Source of the DNA: a virus
Taxonomy: Duplodnaviria > Heunggongvirae > Uroviricota > Caudoviricetes
IMG/VR virus record: IMGVR_UViG_3300042524_000214
Coordinates: 38,663-102,662 of that record
DNA: 64,000 nt
Direction: 5' to 3' (one strand)
Made by a program: the position numbers and the translations under genes
Shown here: one piece after another, positions 1-9,090 of the stretch
Layout: each line of letters begins with the position of its first letter
Position numbering within the stretch: the stretch's first letter is position 1
The notes under the pieces: model-generated
What the model saw: the letters and a program-made list of their open reading frames with translations, nothing else
The model's database searches: none
What the model was told of the DNA's origin: nothing

Positions 1-133
1 ACAAAATTTTAGTTGGCAATTATTAAATGTTTACTTAAATAGTAATCTAAAGTTTGTCAAACAACAATTAGGAGGGGTATGTCAGTACCTCTCCTTATCT
101 AAAGAAAAATCAATCAACAAAGAAACTGGGGAA

Positions 134-322
134 ATGGAATCTTATGATGCCTTTAATGCAGTTATAAAGAATGATTTAGGTGGTACTGACAGAGTAATAT
201 ACAGGATTAACAAAGATTTACACCTTTTACAAAAAGAGGACTTTGAAAACCTGAGATTTAATTTAGCTAGTAGAGCGTATGAAAGAGAACCAGGAAGCAC
301 AGAAACAGTACCAGTCGTTTAA
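134..322 (+). CDS. hypothetical small protein
   Basis: 62-aa ORF with ATG start, upstream of the chaperonin gene; no recognisable motifs. Confidence 0.3.
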   Translation: MESYDAFNAVIKNDLGGTDRVIYRINKDLHLLQKEDFENLRFNLASRAYEREPGSTETVPVV

Positions 323-453
323 AGACTCTGGGGATTTAAAAGTTCTTTTTAGAGGTATGTCTGGGGATTGGGAAAAAGACAAATTAAAATTTACCCGAAT
401 CTACGAGGAAAACCAAAGGATAATGCAAGAAGCAACAAAAGATTTAGAATAAT

Positions 454-1995
454 ATGACACTAAAAACAGGCATAGAAGCCAAAAAATCTTTAATCATAGG
501 TGCTAACATAGTAGCCGATGCAGTTAAAGTGACCATGGGTGCTGAAGGGAAATTAGCAATAATCCGAAACAAAATGGGTTTTGCTCCACACGTAACTAAA
601 GATGGTGTTACTGTTGCTGAGGCTATAGAGCTTGATGATGACTTTGAGGAGTTAGGTGCCAAGGCTATAAAAGAAACAGCAAGAAAAACCGTAGATTTAG
701 TAGGAGACGGAACAACAACTGCAACAGTTATTGCTCAGTATTTATTAAACGAAGGTTTTGAAAAGTTAGAATTAGGTACTTCTCACGTTGAATTACGTGA
801 AGGTATGGAAATAGCAGTTGAAGATGTTAGATTAGCTTTATCAAAGTTAAAGAAAAATGCCGGATACGAAGAGACAAAACAAATCGCAACTATTTCTGCA
901 AACAACGATGAAAAACTAGGTCAGTTAATTGCTGATGTTTATGCCAAAATTGGAGTAGATGGTAAAGTAGACGTTCAAGAAGGTGCTACTAGGGATACCA
1001 ATGTAAATTACGTAGAAGGTTTGTCAATTGATAGAGGTTGGTCATTGCCACACTTTATCACAGACCAATCAAACATGACTGCGGTCTTAGAAGATTCATA
1101 CGTATTAATTTTTGATGGTAAAATTGGTTCAGTTGCAGATATTGCAGAGCCTATTAGAAAAGCCCAATCAGAGGGTAAAGCAATTATGATTTTTGCAGAG
1201 GATGTAGATGAAGCGGTAATGGCAGTATTAGTTCGAGGAAAATTAGAAGGCACATTCAACCTTTGTGTTACAATGAACCCAGATTTCGGATTGAACAGAG
1301 GTAATATTTTGGAAGATTTAGCAATATTTACAAGTGGAGAAGTTTATTCTCCTAAATATCCAACAACAATCAAGATGGGTATGGCTAAAAAAGTAATATG
1401 CGAAAAAGACAGAACAGTTATTCTTCCAGCAATTACCGGAGAACGCCTTGAAGCAAGGCTTGAGTTGATTAAATCTCAAATAGAGAATATAGAAGACAAG
1501 ATTGACAGAAGTAAGTTAGAAGGTAGGCTCCAAAATCTTAGAAATGCAGTAGCAATTATCACCGTTGGTGGTGTAACCGCTTCTGAAGTTAAAGAAAAGA
1601 AGGATAGAATAGACGATGCAGTTAGTGCTGTTAAGTCTGCGATAGAGGGGGGTTATGTTTCTGGTGGAGGTTCTACATTATTGTACATATCAAAGTACAA
1701 AATGAAACGTAAGTTAAGAAATGGTCAAAAAGAAGGATATAATCTTGTTAAACAAGCAATTAGAAAGCCTTTTGAGCAAATCTTGATTAATGCAGGATTA
1801 AAAACAGAAGATTTTGAGCCTAAATTAAAGCAGTATGGTAGAGGAGTTAATGTTAAGACTCGCAAAATACAAAACTTACTTGATAAAGGTATTATAGACT
1901 CAGCAAAAGTTCTTGAGGTAGCTCTTGAAAACGCAAATGCTGTTGCTTCTATCGTTCTTCAAACAGATTGTGTAATTACAAATACCGGACTATAA
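454..1995 (+). CDS. groL: GroEL-like chaperonin (Cpn60), phage-encoded; lacks the C-terminal GGM tail
   Basis: 513 aa with characteristic Cpn60 stretches AKKSLIIGANIVADAVKVTMGAEG, ATVIAQYLLNEG, ITVGGVTASEVKEKKDRIDDAVSAVKSAIEGGYVSGGGSTLL and DSAKVLEVALENA. Confidence 0.9.
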   Translation: MTLKTGIEAKKSLIIGANIVADAVKVTMGAEGKLAIIRNKMGFAPHVTKDGVTVAEAIELDDDFEELGAKAIKETARKTVDLVGDGTTTATVIAQYLLNEGFEKLELGTSHVELREGMEIAVEDVRLALSKLKKNAGYEETKQIATISANNDEKLGQLIADVYAKIGVDGKVDVQEGATRDTNVNYVEGLSIDRGWSLPHFITDQSNMTAVLEDSYVLIFDGKIGSVADIAEPIRKAQSEGKAIMIFAEDVDEAVMAVLVRGKLEGTFNLCVTMNPDFGLNRGNILEDLAIFTSGEVYSPKYPTTIKMGMAKKVICEKDRTVILPAITGERLEARLELIKSQIENIEDKIDRSKLEGRLQNLRNAVAIITVGGVTASEVKEKKDRIDDAVSAVKSAIEGGYVSGGGSTLLYISKYKMKRKLRNGQKEGYNLVKQAIRKPFEQILINAGLKTEDFEPKLKQYGRGVNVKTRKIQNLLDKGIIDSAKVLEVALENANAVASIVLQTDCVITNTGL

Positions 1996-2243
1996 TGGGA
2001 AAGCCTTTATTTAGCAGAGTTTTATTGAGAATAGAAACTGTAAAAGACAAACCCTTATTCGGGGAAGAAGAAAAAAAGCCAAAGATATTTATAGAGGATG
2101 CTGCTGACGATTGTAGCACGTATGTATTATCAAAAATAGGGGCGGAAGTTAGATTTAATAATGTCGTCCTAGAAGTTGTAGAAAAGACTGATGAGTACCA
2201 AAAAGTACTTACTCACGAAACCAACCTTTTACAACTAGTATAA
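1995..2243 (+). CDS. putative GroES-like co-chaperonin (weak)
   Basis: ATG overlaps the groEL stop (TAATG). N-terminus GKPLFSRVLLRIE resembles the GroES start IRPLHDRVIVKR. About 83 aa, adjacent to groEL. Confidence 0.4.
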   Translation: MGKPLFSRVLLRIETVKDKPLFGEEEKKPKIFIEDAADDCSTYVLSKIGAEVRFNNVVLEVVEKTDEYQKVLTHETNLLQLV

Positions 2244-2411
2244 TAATCGGCTCTTGAGGCTAGAGAGACGTAAATGAGAATTGCCTCTGGTAGACAGGCT
2301 CCTCGCTGGAATTAACCCTTAGTTGGGACAGTTGTGGGGCTGGACAGTCTACAAAAGCACACTAATCTCCTGCATCGTAGGGCAGCGTTTGGGATAACGA
2401 AATAATCCCGG

Positions 2412-2487
2412 TGCTTTGTAGCTCAGTTGGTTAGAGCCAGCATCTACTGGATGCACAGGGTCGGAGGTTCGAGTCCTCTCAAAGTAA
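2412..2487 (+). tRNA. tRNA with atypical anticodon arm (apparent anticodon ACU, 7-nt variable loop); isotype uncertain
   Basis: Acceptor TGCTTTG/CAAAGTA, D-arm GCTC-AGTTGGTTA-GAGC, T-arm GGAGG-TTCGAGT-CCTCT. Anticodon stem AGCAT/ATGCA has an A-A mismatch and loop CTACTGG. Confidence 0.6.
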
Positions 2488-2500
2488 CAAAACTTATATT

Positions 2501-2725
2501 ATGAAAGAGCAGTTTAAAGAAATGGTGAAAACAAGGAACTTTCCAATAGAATGGTTCTTTCACTACTATCATCAAAAAGGCGGAATACCAATAAACATTC
2601 ATTTGTTTATGCAATGGTTTGAACAATTTAACTTTAATGATATTTTAGATAATATAGCAAAGTCATTTGGATTAACCAGATTAGTAAACAAAGAAGGAAT
2701 TTTAATAGCAGTATACGAACCTTGA
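2501..2725 (+). CDS. hypothetical protein
   Basis: 74-aa ORF starting immediately 3' of the tRNA. Confidence 0.4.
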   Translation: MKEQFKEMVKTRNFPIEWFFHYYHQKGGIPINIHLFMQWFEQFNFNDILDNIAKSFGLTRLVNKEGILIAVYEP

Positions 2726-3111
2726 TGGAATTAATATCAACACATCCGATAAAAAAGTCAGATTTAGGATTTCATGGTAATCTCTTTGGGGGAAAACTAC
2801 TAGCCTGGATGGATGCTTCTGCCGCTGCTTTTGCAATGCAGGTTTGTGACACTCCAAGAATGGTTACAGTAATGATAGACCAATGTGTTTTTAAGAAGGC
2901 AGCAAAAGAGGGACAGCTAATAAAAATATATGGTGAAGTTTCTAATATAGGAAATACATCAATAACGATTTATATGGAGGCACGCTCACACAGTGTGTAT
3001 TCCGGTTCACAAGCAACAATACTTCATACAAATATGAAGTTCGTAAGAATAGATGAGGGAGGGGATGCTATTCCAATCTCAGATAATGTTAAACAAAAAT
3101 TTAAAAATTAA
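2722..3111 (+). CDS. hotdog-fold acyl-CoA thioesterase (YciA/4HBT-like)
   Basis: HGNLFGGKLLAWMDASAAAFA motif typical of YciA-type thioesterases; 129 aa. Confidence 0.65.
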   Translation: MMELISTHPIKKSDLGFHGNLFGGKLLAWMDASAAAFAMQVCDTPRMVTVMIDQCVFKKAAKEGQLIKIYGEVSNIGNTSITIYMEARSHSVYSGSQATILHTNMKFVRIDEGGDAIPISDNVKQKFKN

Positions 3112-3114
3112 AGT

Positions 3115-3783
3115 ATGGCAAAAGTAGTAATAACGGGTGAAGAATTAAAAAAAGACGGTACCCCAGTAGTAGACAAAATTGTAGAAGTTATTAAATTTTC
3201 AGCAGAGTGGTGTAAGCCATGTGGTTTTTTAGCAAATGAGCTTAAAGATATAGAGCTAGAAATTAAAAACGTAGATGTAGATACCGAAGAGGGGCAAGCA
3301 TTGTCCAAACAATACAAGGTTAGAAGCATACCTCTTATTTTATTTGTGGATGAAAATGGAGCAGAAATACATAGACACTCTGGAATGATAAGCAAAAAAG
3401 CTTTGACAGACATTGTAGATGCTCTACTTTATGACAAAGTAAACCCAGAGTACCAAGAATTAGTAGCACAAATTGGCTCACCGCAAGAAGACAATAAGCT
3501 TTTTATTTATACTCAAGTTCTAGATTTTGGTAGAAGCCCATTAAATAGTTTAGATTTTTTATGTGATGGGGTAAAGACTGTTACGGAGTATGGAACAAAC
3601 CAGACAAACATCACAGACTTTGTAGGAATGTTAAATTCAGACCCACAACCAAACGGTCAATTTACTGCCTATGGTAACTATTTTGATAATGGCGATGGTA
3701 GAGTTCGTTTAGAAGCTTTTCCAGAAGTTTTTGCTAAGTATTGTTCTACTGGTAAAATGTCACTTGAAGCATTCTGGGATTAA
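3115..3783 (+). CDS. thioredoxin-domain protein with about 115-aa C-terminal extension
   Basis: WCKPCG active-site motif (WCxPC) in the N-terminal ~105 aa, with a thioredoxin fold pattern around it. Confidence 0.75.
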   Translation: MAKVVITGEELKKDGTPVVDKIVEVIKFSAEWCKPCGFLANELKDIELEIKNVDVDTEEGQALSKQYKVRSIPLILFVDENGAEIHRHSGMISKKALTDIVDALLYDKVNPEYQELVAQIGSPQEDNKLFIYTQVLDFGRSPLNSLDFLCDGVKTVTEYGTNQTNITDFVGMLNSDPQPNGQFTAYGNYFDNGDGRVRLEAFPEVFAKYCSTGKMSLEAFWD

Positions 3784-3785
3784 TC

Positions 3786-4277
3786 ATGGAGAATATGAGT
3801 AGGTACACCTACATATTTGATGATGAGATTACTCTAGAGACTGTACAAAATTGTATAGATGCAATTCACATACACCCGGAGGTAGATTTATTTTTCTCTA
3901 CCCAGGGTGGTGAGACCTGTATGATGGATGCCTTTATCAACTATTTGAATTTGCGGCAAGAAGAAATCACGATACATTTGACCGATGCAGTTGCATCTTC
4001 CGGAGCATTTTTATTAACAGATTTCAAAGGGGTGATAATTCTAACGGACAATCTAGAGTGGATTATGTTTCACAAAGCAGACCGTTTGACTTATTCAAGT
4101 AGAAGAAGCTTTTTCAATGAGACAATTCTCAAAAAACAACTTGATGAGTATAACAATAAGTACTCAAAGAAGTTCCAGGATTTGGGACTTTCAGACAAAG
4201 AAATTAAAGCATATAATTCCGGGAAGGATGTCTTCCTATATAGAAAAGATTTTAACCGATTAAATTTAAACAAGTAA
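3786..4277 (+). CDS. ClpP-like serine protease (S14 family), short form
   Basis: FFSTQGGETCMMDAFINYL...AVASSGAFLLT...IMFHKA...LSDKEIKAYNSGKD aligns with the ClpP pattern YINSPGG...AASMGAFLLT...MIHQP...LSAPEAVEYGLVD; Ser/His/Asp positions conserved. Confidence 0.55.
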   Translation: MENMSRYTYIFDDEITLETVQNCIDAIHIHPEVDLFFSTQGGETCMMDAFINYLNLRQEEITIHLTDAVASSGAFLLTDFKGVIILTDNLEWIMFHKADRLTYSSRRSFFNETILKKQLDEYNNKYSKKFQDLGLSDKEIKAYNSGKDVFLYRKDFNRLNLNK

Positions 4278-4531
4278 TGAAAGTAGTTTACACAGAAAAT
4301 GAAAAACGACACATCTTTGAATCAGAGACTGGTCACATGTCAACTTTCTTGAAAGAGAGAGTTACAAAAGAACAAGCAGAAGTTTTGTTCCAAGCACAAT
4401 TAGCAAACGAGGGTATTACCTCACCAGCAGTTACTTCTGAAGAACCAGCAACACCGGCACCAGAAGCACCAGTTGCTCCAACAGAAGAGTCTGCACCGGC
4501 AGATGTAACACCAACTCCAGAGAATGCTTAG
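4277..4531 (+). CDS. hypothetical protein with Pro/Ala/Thr-rich C-terminus
   Basis: 84-aa ORF, ATG overlaps upstream stop (TAATG). Confidence 0.4.
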   Translation: MKVVYTENEKRHIFESETGHMSTFLKERVTKEQAEVLFQAQLANEGITSPAVTSEEPATPAPEAPVAPTEESAPADVTPTPENA

Positions 4532-4666
4532 TATGATTTTAATATTCTTAGTTATAACTTATGTGGTTATTAACTTAGTATTATTTGGCTCCGCATTAGT
4601 AATAATGCCTTTTAAAGATGCTTCCAAGTATCTTTTCTTTGGGGTATTAATTATGATAAACGAAGT

Positions 4667-5032
4667 ATGGACACAGTAAGAGAGGGGATAGAAAATCTGG
4701 ATATGGCAGTTGCTTCACAAAGCACACAAGCAGCATTGACAGAAAAAGGTTGGGTAAAAGGCAGAATCTTCAAGAGAAGAAACTGTGAAAACTACCCTAG
4801 CGGTTACGGTGTTTTTACCGGTAAGTGGGGTTTCTCAGAAGACTTCACATTGATATTTACAGATGGCAGCGAGTTCTTATGGAACTTCTGTGAACTGGTT
4901 GAACTTGCTGACCCGGAAGTAGCCTGGTTCATCAATCTAGAAATGGAACGCATCAACAGAGAACACGCAGAGTTCATGGAGATAATCGGTACAAGTTACC
5001 AAAAAATTTACAGTAAAGCAATAAATCGTTAA
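4667..5032 (+). CDS. hypothetical protein
   Basis: 121-aa ORF. Confidence 0.4.
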   Translation: MDTVREGIENLDMAVASQSTQAALTEKGWVKGRIFKRRNCENYPSGYGVFTGKWGFSEDFTLIFTDGSEFLWNFCELVELADPEVAWFINLEMERINREHAEFMEIIGTSYQKIYSKAINR

Positions 5033-5035
5033 GTT

Positions 5036-5263
5036 ATGTTTTTTAAACCAACAGCAGCCAAATTAGGCAGAAAAAAGACCAGAATTTTAGGGGTATTTAC
5101 CCAAGCCCAAGCAGAGTTAACAGCTTTGATGGATGAACAAACAGCTTATAACAATGAGCTATTTGACAAAATTACAGAGTTAGAGGCAGAAAGAAATGCA
5201 GTAGAGAAAGAGAACAACAGCACTCGAAAGTTGTTGAAGAAAATCTCAGAGTTTTTAGACTAA
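5036..5263 (+). CDS. hypothetical coiled-coil protein
   Basis: 75-aa ORF. Confidence 0.35.
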   Translation: MFFKPTAAKLGRKKTRILGVFTQAQAELTALMDEQTAYNNELFDKITELEAERNAVEKENNSTRKLLKKISEFLD

Positions 5264-5283
5264 TCAACCTCACTCAACAGAAA

Positions 5284-5314
5284 CCAAGCCCTCTTAACCG
5301 GGGGCTTTTATTTT
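5284..5314 (+). terminator. intrinsic terminator
   Basis: AAGCCC...GGGCTT hairpin followed by TTTATTTT. Confidence 0.5.
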
Positions 5315-5320
5315 AAAAAT

Positions 5321-5605
5321 ATGATAAAAACTTATAGAAAAAAACCGGTGGACATCGAGGCAGTTCAATTTACAAGAGATAACTTTACTGAAGTAGCAAG
5401 ATTCACAGGAGGTGCCGCACATACTTTTACTATTGAGAGAAGAATAGACGGTGTAGCCAAATGTATTATCCCAACATTAGAGGGACAGCACATTGCAACA
5501 GAGGGGGATTATATTATCCGAGGAGTAGAGGGAGAATTTTACCCTTGTAAACCTGGCATTTTTGAAAAGACTTACGAACAAAGTTATAAAACAACTGAGG
5601 GATAA
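5321..5605 (+). CDS. hypothetical protein
   Basis: 94-aa ORF. Confidence 0.4.
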   Translation: MIKTYRKKPVDIEAVQFTRDNFTEVARFTGGAAHTFTIERRIDGVAKCIIPTLEGQHIATEGDYIIRGVEGEFYPCKPGIFEKTYEQSYKTTEG

Positions 5606-5832
5606 TGGACGAAGAGCAATTAATAGAAATGATTATCCAGACCAAAGAATGGTATGATAAGAAAATAGCCCAGTTAGAGCAAGTATCAAACACAAGGGAT
5701 TATAAAATAAAATTCCAAGGAGAGGACGGAAACCAGGAAGAGCTTCCAGAAGAACACAGTAAGGGATTTCATTTAGGAATACTTACAGCATTAGAAATAC
5801 TAGGCAAGTTCCCTATAAGTATAGGAGAATAA
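5605..5832 (+). CDS. hypothetical protein
   Basis: 75-aa ORF, start overlaps upstream stop. Confidence 0.4.
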   Translation: MDEEQLIEMIIQTKEWYDKKIAQLEQVSNTRDYKIKFQGEDGNQEELPEEHSKGFHLGILTALEILGKFPISIGE

Positions 5833-5837
5833 TAAAC

Positions 5838-5870
5838 ACCCCCGGCACATAGTTGGGGGTTTTTTATGCC
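5838..5870. terminator. bidirectional intrinsic terminator between convergent genes
   Basis: CCCCC-GGCACATAGTT-GGGGG followed by TTTTTT, then GGGGGTTTTTTATGCCCCC forming a second hairpin for the minus strand. Confidence 0.55.
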
Positions 5871-5872
5871 CC

Positions 5873-6904
5873 CTAATCAAAAATATTTTGTTTTATTTTT
5901 TTACAAAACTCATACATATCTTCAAAATAATTATCACTTCTTCCCATATTTTCAAACCTTGTTACTAATGTAAAATTGTCTTTACTATAGGGCTTACTAT
6001 TATCAATCCTATCAACTGATATAGCTCTAAGTTTATCTTTTGCAGTTAGGTCAAAAGGTATTTTTAAAAAATATGACAAACCATTTTGTTCATTATATTT
6101 ATCAACAATATTTTTAGTTGAAATTTCTGGTTTAGTGTGACCTCTACCAGCACTACAAGAGTTCATGCTATATTTAAGATTACTTAACCAAGTTTCTCCA
6201 TTTTTTGTAATGTTAGCCAAATATAAATTATCTATATTTAAGTTGTTTCTATCGTCATCTAAAAATATAATTCTAAAATCTTTTTTGTTAAATTCACCAA
6301 AAAAAGAAGTATACAGTTTTTCATAAAACCTACTACCTTTATTTACACGTTCTTTTTTTACAATCCTACATAGTTTTTTATTATAGACTTCCCCCAAAGA
6401 GCTTACCATAAATTTATTATTATCACATAAATCAACCCATTTTTTATCTATATCTAAAGATATATCATACCTATCAGTTTTATACTTTTTAGCAGCTTTT
6501 TTACGAGTACAACCGCAACTTTTAGACATACCAGACTCTAATGAGTTTAGTGTAATATCTTTTACAGTACCACAAACACACTCTACTTTTATAGTCCTAA
6601 GTGAGTTTCCTTTAGTATCAATGTAGTCAAACCCTTCAGATTTATAAGTCCAACTACCCCAAGTTTTATTAACAACATCTTTTTTTAAAGATATGCAACC
6701 ACAAGATTTAGTATCCCCACGTTTTAGATATTTATAACTAAATTCTTTTATGTTACCACATGAACATTTACAAAGGACTTGCTTATAATAACTAGTTCCC
6801 ATTTTTTTAGAGGGTAACATTTCTATAATTGTTAAATTTGAATGTACCTCCCCGACAACATTTATTTTATCTACTCTCATAATTATTTTTTTACAAAGGT
6901 ACAA
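5873..6904 (-). CDS. HNH homing endonuclease with N-terminal Cys-rich zinc-finger repeats
   Basis: C-terminal VDRIDNSKPYSKDNFTLVTRFENMGRSD resembles the phage HNH_3 motif (IDxIDGN...NL...EN); multiple CxxC/CGC pairs N-terminally; only minus-strand gene in a + strand region. Confidence 0.65.
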   Translation of the reverse strand: MYLCKKIIMRVDKINVVGEVHSNLTIIEMLPSKKMGTSYYKQVLCKCSCGNIKEFSYKYLKRGDTKSCGCISLKKDVVNKTWGSWTYKSEGFDYIDTKGNSLRTIKVECVCGTVKDITLNSLESGMSKSCGCTRKKAAKKYKTDRYDISLDIDKKWVDLCDNNKFMVSSLGEVYNKKLCRIVKKERVNKGSRFYEKLYTSFFGEFNKKDFRIIFLDDDRNNLNIDNLYLANITKNGETWLSNLKYSMNSCSAGRGHTKPEISTKNIVDKYNEQNGLSYFLKIPFDLTAKDKLRAISVDRIDNSKPYSKDNFTLVTRFENMGRSDNYFEDMYEFCKKIKQNIFD

Positions 6905-7489
6905 ATTTAATTTTAAAATACAAAATTAATTAAATTTTTTGTTAACCCCCCAATAATAAAAAATATAATTTATGTAAAGCATATTGTACCCATCATAGGG
7001 AAAGGTGCCGGCTCGTTTGGGGATTTTTGGTGTATCCCCCCTATGATACTACACAAAAAAGTTTTTGCCTTAAAAAGCAGCTAAAGAGTTTTGACTTCTG
7101 CAAGTTATTTTTATACTCTTTATCTATGATAGGTGTTACTACTATAGATTTGTACTACACTAAAGTAGTAGGTAGTTTGGACTAGTTAGTTTGAAAGTAG
7201 TAGCTTATTTAGAATAGTTATTTATTAATTGTAATTGATAAAAATAATCGGATAAATGTATTGCTATGTGAATTGTTTTACAGGTACATTAACAATCCCT
7301 TTATTCATCGGTATTTTACGTTTAAGCAACGTTCTCACTATAAGTGATACTTAGATACCAAATGACTATCAGAGTGGCTTAAATAGCTTTATTTAGCTTT
7401 ATGAGGGCTGTTGTTTATCTTTGCCCGTATTTATTATATCTTATACTTATTAACAATTATATGTTAATAACTTTATTAATCTTTTTTAC

Positions 7490-7527
7490 TTTTATATTAG
7501 TTTATGTGAAAAGTATTTGTATCTTTG
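7490..7527 (+). promoter_or_regulatory. Bacteroidetes-type sigma-A promoter (-7 TATCTTTG at 7520-7527)
   Basis: TAnnTTTG -7 consensus with upstream TTTG/TTG. Confidence 0.5.
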
Positions 7528-7586
7528 CAATGTGTTAATGACAACACAATCTTTGAAATATTGTTTAACCTTAATTCTTTTGTACT

Positions 7587-7913
7587 ATGAAAGTAGAGAA
7601 TTTGAAAAATCCTTTTTACCACTATGGTAACAAAGGTGCGGTTTGGAGTAATGAAACTCACATCGCTAGTAGTGGTTCTTTTAGTGGAACTTTGTGTGAA
7701 ACCCCAATGTTGGCAACAAATTGGGCTAGAATTTGGGAACACCCAACCATAGGTTGTCCCGATTGTTTGACAAAGTGGCTAGAACTTGAGGGTTACATTT
7801 TAGAATGTGACATCAAGGCGGTGGAGTTCGATGAACACAACCGACCATTTTACCGCAACAATGGTAAAATAATGCTCTCAAAACGGGCTTATCAGTACGC
7901 TGTTGCAAATTAA
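7587..7913 (+). CDS. hypothetical protein
   Basis: 108-aa ORF downstream of promoter. Confidence 0.45.
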   Translation: MKVENLKNPFYHYGNKGAVWSNETHIASSGSFSGTLCETPMLATNWARIWEHPTIGCPDCLTKWLELEGYILECDIKAVEFDEHNRPFYRNNGKIMLSKRAYQYAVAN

Positions 7914-7919
7914 TTCAAG

Positions 7920-7942
7920 CCCCCGAAAGGGGGTTATTTTTC
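7920..7942 (+). terminator. intrinsic terminator
   Basis: GCCCCC-GAAA-GGGGGT hairpin followed by TATTTTT. Confidence 0.55.
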
Positions 7943-7970
7943 ACATTAACTAATTCTAATTTTTTTAAGT

Positions 7971-8852
7971 ATGGAGATTTTATCTAACATCGCAAGCGGA
8001 AACGCTAACATTGAGGGCATTAAAGGGAAATTGTTTGACGTGGTAAAAGTACCACTAATCACGGGACTAGACGGGTTCACTAACCCTGACAGCTTTGGGG
8101 TTTACAGAGCAACGGGTGGTCAAGCACTTGGTTCAGTTGGTAAAGATTTTACACCAACACAGCCGAAGCTATTGTTTGACGAGTTCGAGAATTGTTTGTA
8201 TCAGACGGATTGCGACTTCAATGATGTTCAGTACCTAGAGCTAAAAGGCGGTAAGAAGATTGTTTTTGAAGCACCTATCAAGAAAATGGGCTTCACTAAC
8301 CTACGAGGACAAGAAGACGAGATGATTGTTAAAATCAATCTTGCTACGGGCTTTGACGGGTTGACTAAAACTAGCTTATTTATTAGCTGTTTCAGACTAG
8401 TTTGTGCAAATGGTATGAAAGCTTGGAAGACAGAGTTCGCTGTTTCTTTTAAGAATACCAAAGGCAACGTTGGTAAGGCTTCTTCACTATGCAACGACAT
8501 TGCGAAAGCAACAGACAGCATAAATGATTTTGAAACCTTTATCCAACAGCTAAACAGAACTAGCGTTGATAAGGCTAAAGTAGAAGAGTTTTTGATGAAG
8601 ACTTTAGGATATAACCAATCGTTGTATTCGGAGCTTCACGGGACTAAAAAGGCTATCCTTGACAATGTTCAAGAAAGCATCGAGCTAGAGTTCAGTAGAA
8701 CGGGAGCTACACTTTGGGGACTTGTAAATGGTATTACACATTACACTAACCACGTAGCGAAGACAGACGACAGAAACGACTATGTATTAGTTGGCGGTGG
8801 TTTGAAACTGAATGACCTAGCACAAAAAGTAGCCCTAGAAATGGCTTACTAG
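7971..8852 (+). CDS. conserved phage/plasmid-type protein (possibly DUF932-like)
   Basis: 293-aa ORF; RLVCANGM segment reminiscent of the DUF932 family; assignment tentative. Confidence 0.35.
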   Translation: MEILSNIASGNANIEGIKGKLFDVVKVPLITGLDGFTNPDSFGVYRATGGQALGSVGKDFTPTQPKLLFDEFENCLYQTDCDFNDVQYLELKGGKKIVFEAPIKKMGFTNLRGQEDEMIVKINLATGFDGLTKTSLFISCFRLVCANGMKAWKTEFAVSFKNTKGNVGKASSLCNDIAKATDSINDFETFIQQLNRTSVDKAKVEEFLMKTLGYNQSLYSELHGTKKAILDNVQESIELEFSRTGATLWGLVNGITHYTNHVAKTDDRNDYVLVGGGLKLNDLAQKVALEMAY

Positions 8853-8854
8853 TA

Positions 8855-8876
8855 TTAATCAAAGCCCCTTGAAAGA
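8855..8876 (+). terminator. intrinsic terminator (CCCCT-TGAAAG-AGGGG + TTTT)
   Basis: hairpin plus T-run directly after the stop codon. Confidence 0.55.
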
Positions 8877-8899
8877 GGGGTTTTAAACTAACTAATCTT

Positions 8900-9058
8900 A
8901 TGTTATACATTATTCTTTTTTTGGTTTGCATTATTGGGCTTATTGCTCACGCTTGGTACGTTAACAAGACGGACAAGTTCAGATACATTGACTATTGTAT
9001 CTTCTGTATTTTATCTATCACACCTTTGATGTGTATAGTTGATTGGATTGTAGGTTAA
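8900..9058 (+). CDS. small hydrophobic membrane peptide (52 aa)
   Basis: Not in the ORF track (under 60 aa). ATG preceded by the AACTAACTAATCTT junction; product MLYIILFLVCIIGLIAHAWYV..., followed by a hairpin at 9068. Confidence 0.3.
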   Translation: MLYIILFLVCIIGLIAHAWYVNKTDKFRYIDYCIFCILSITPLMCIVDWIVG

Positions 9059-9067
9059 ACAATAAAT

Positions 9068-9090
9068 GCCCCTTGAAAGAGGGGCTATTT
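9068..9090 (+). terminator. hairpin terminator (GCCCCT-TGAAAG-AGGGGC), same motif as at 8855
   Basis: perfect 6-bp stem, weak T-run TATTT. Confidence 0.4.

Noticed and set aside
444-662. Minus-strand ORFs embedded in + strand genes (444-662, 1008-1259, 3108-3413, 8228-8521, 37343-37654, 41482-41928, 44246-44527, 50626-50859 and others)
   Set aside because: Antisense to well-supported genes (GroEL, thioredoxin, NrdA, ThyX, exonuclease, PolA), with low-complexity translations. Shadow ORFs.
2244-2411. Possible additional tRNA or ncRNA in the GroES-tRNA spacer (GGACAG repeats)
   Set aside because: No T-loop (TTCGA/TTCAA) or acceptor pairing could be found; likely just a leader or processing region.
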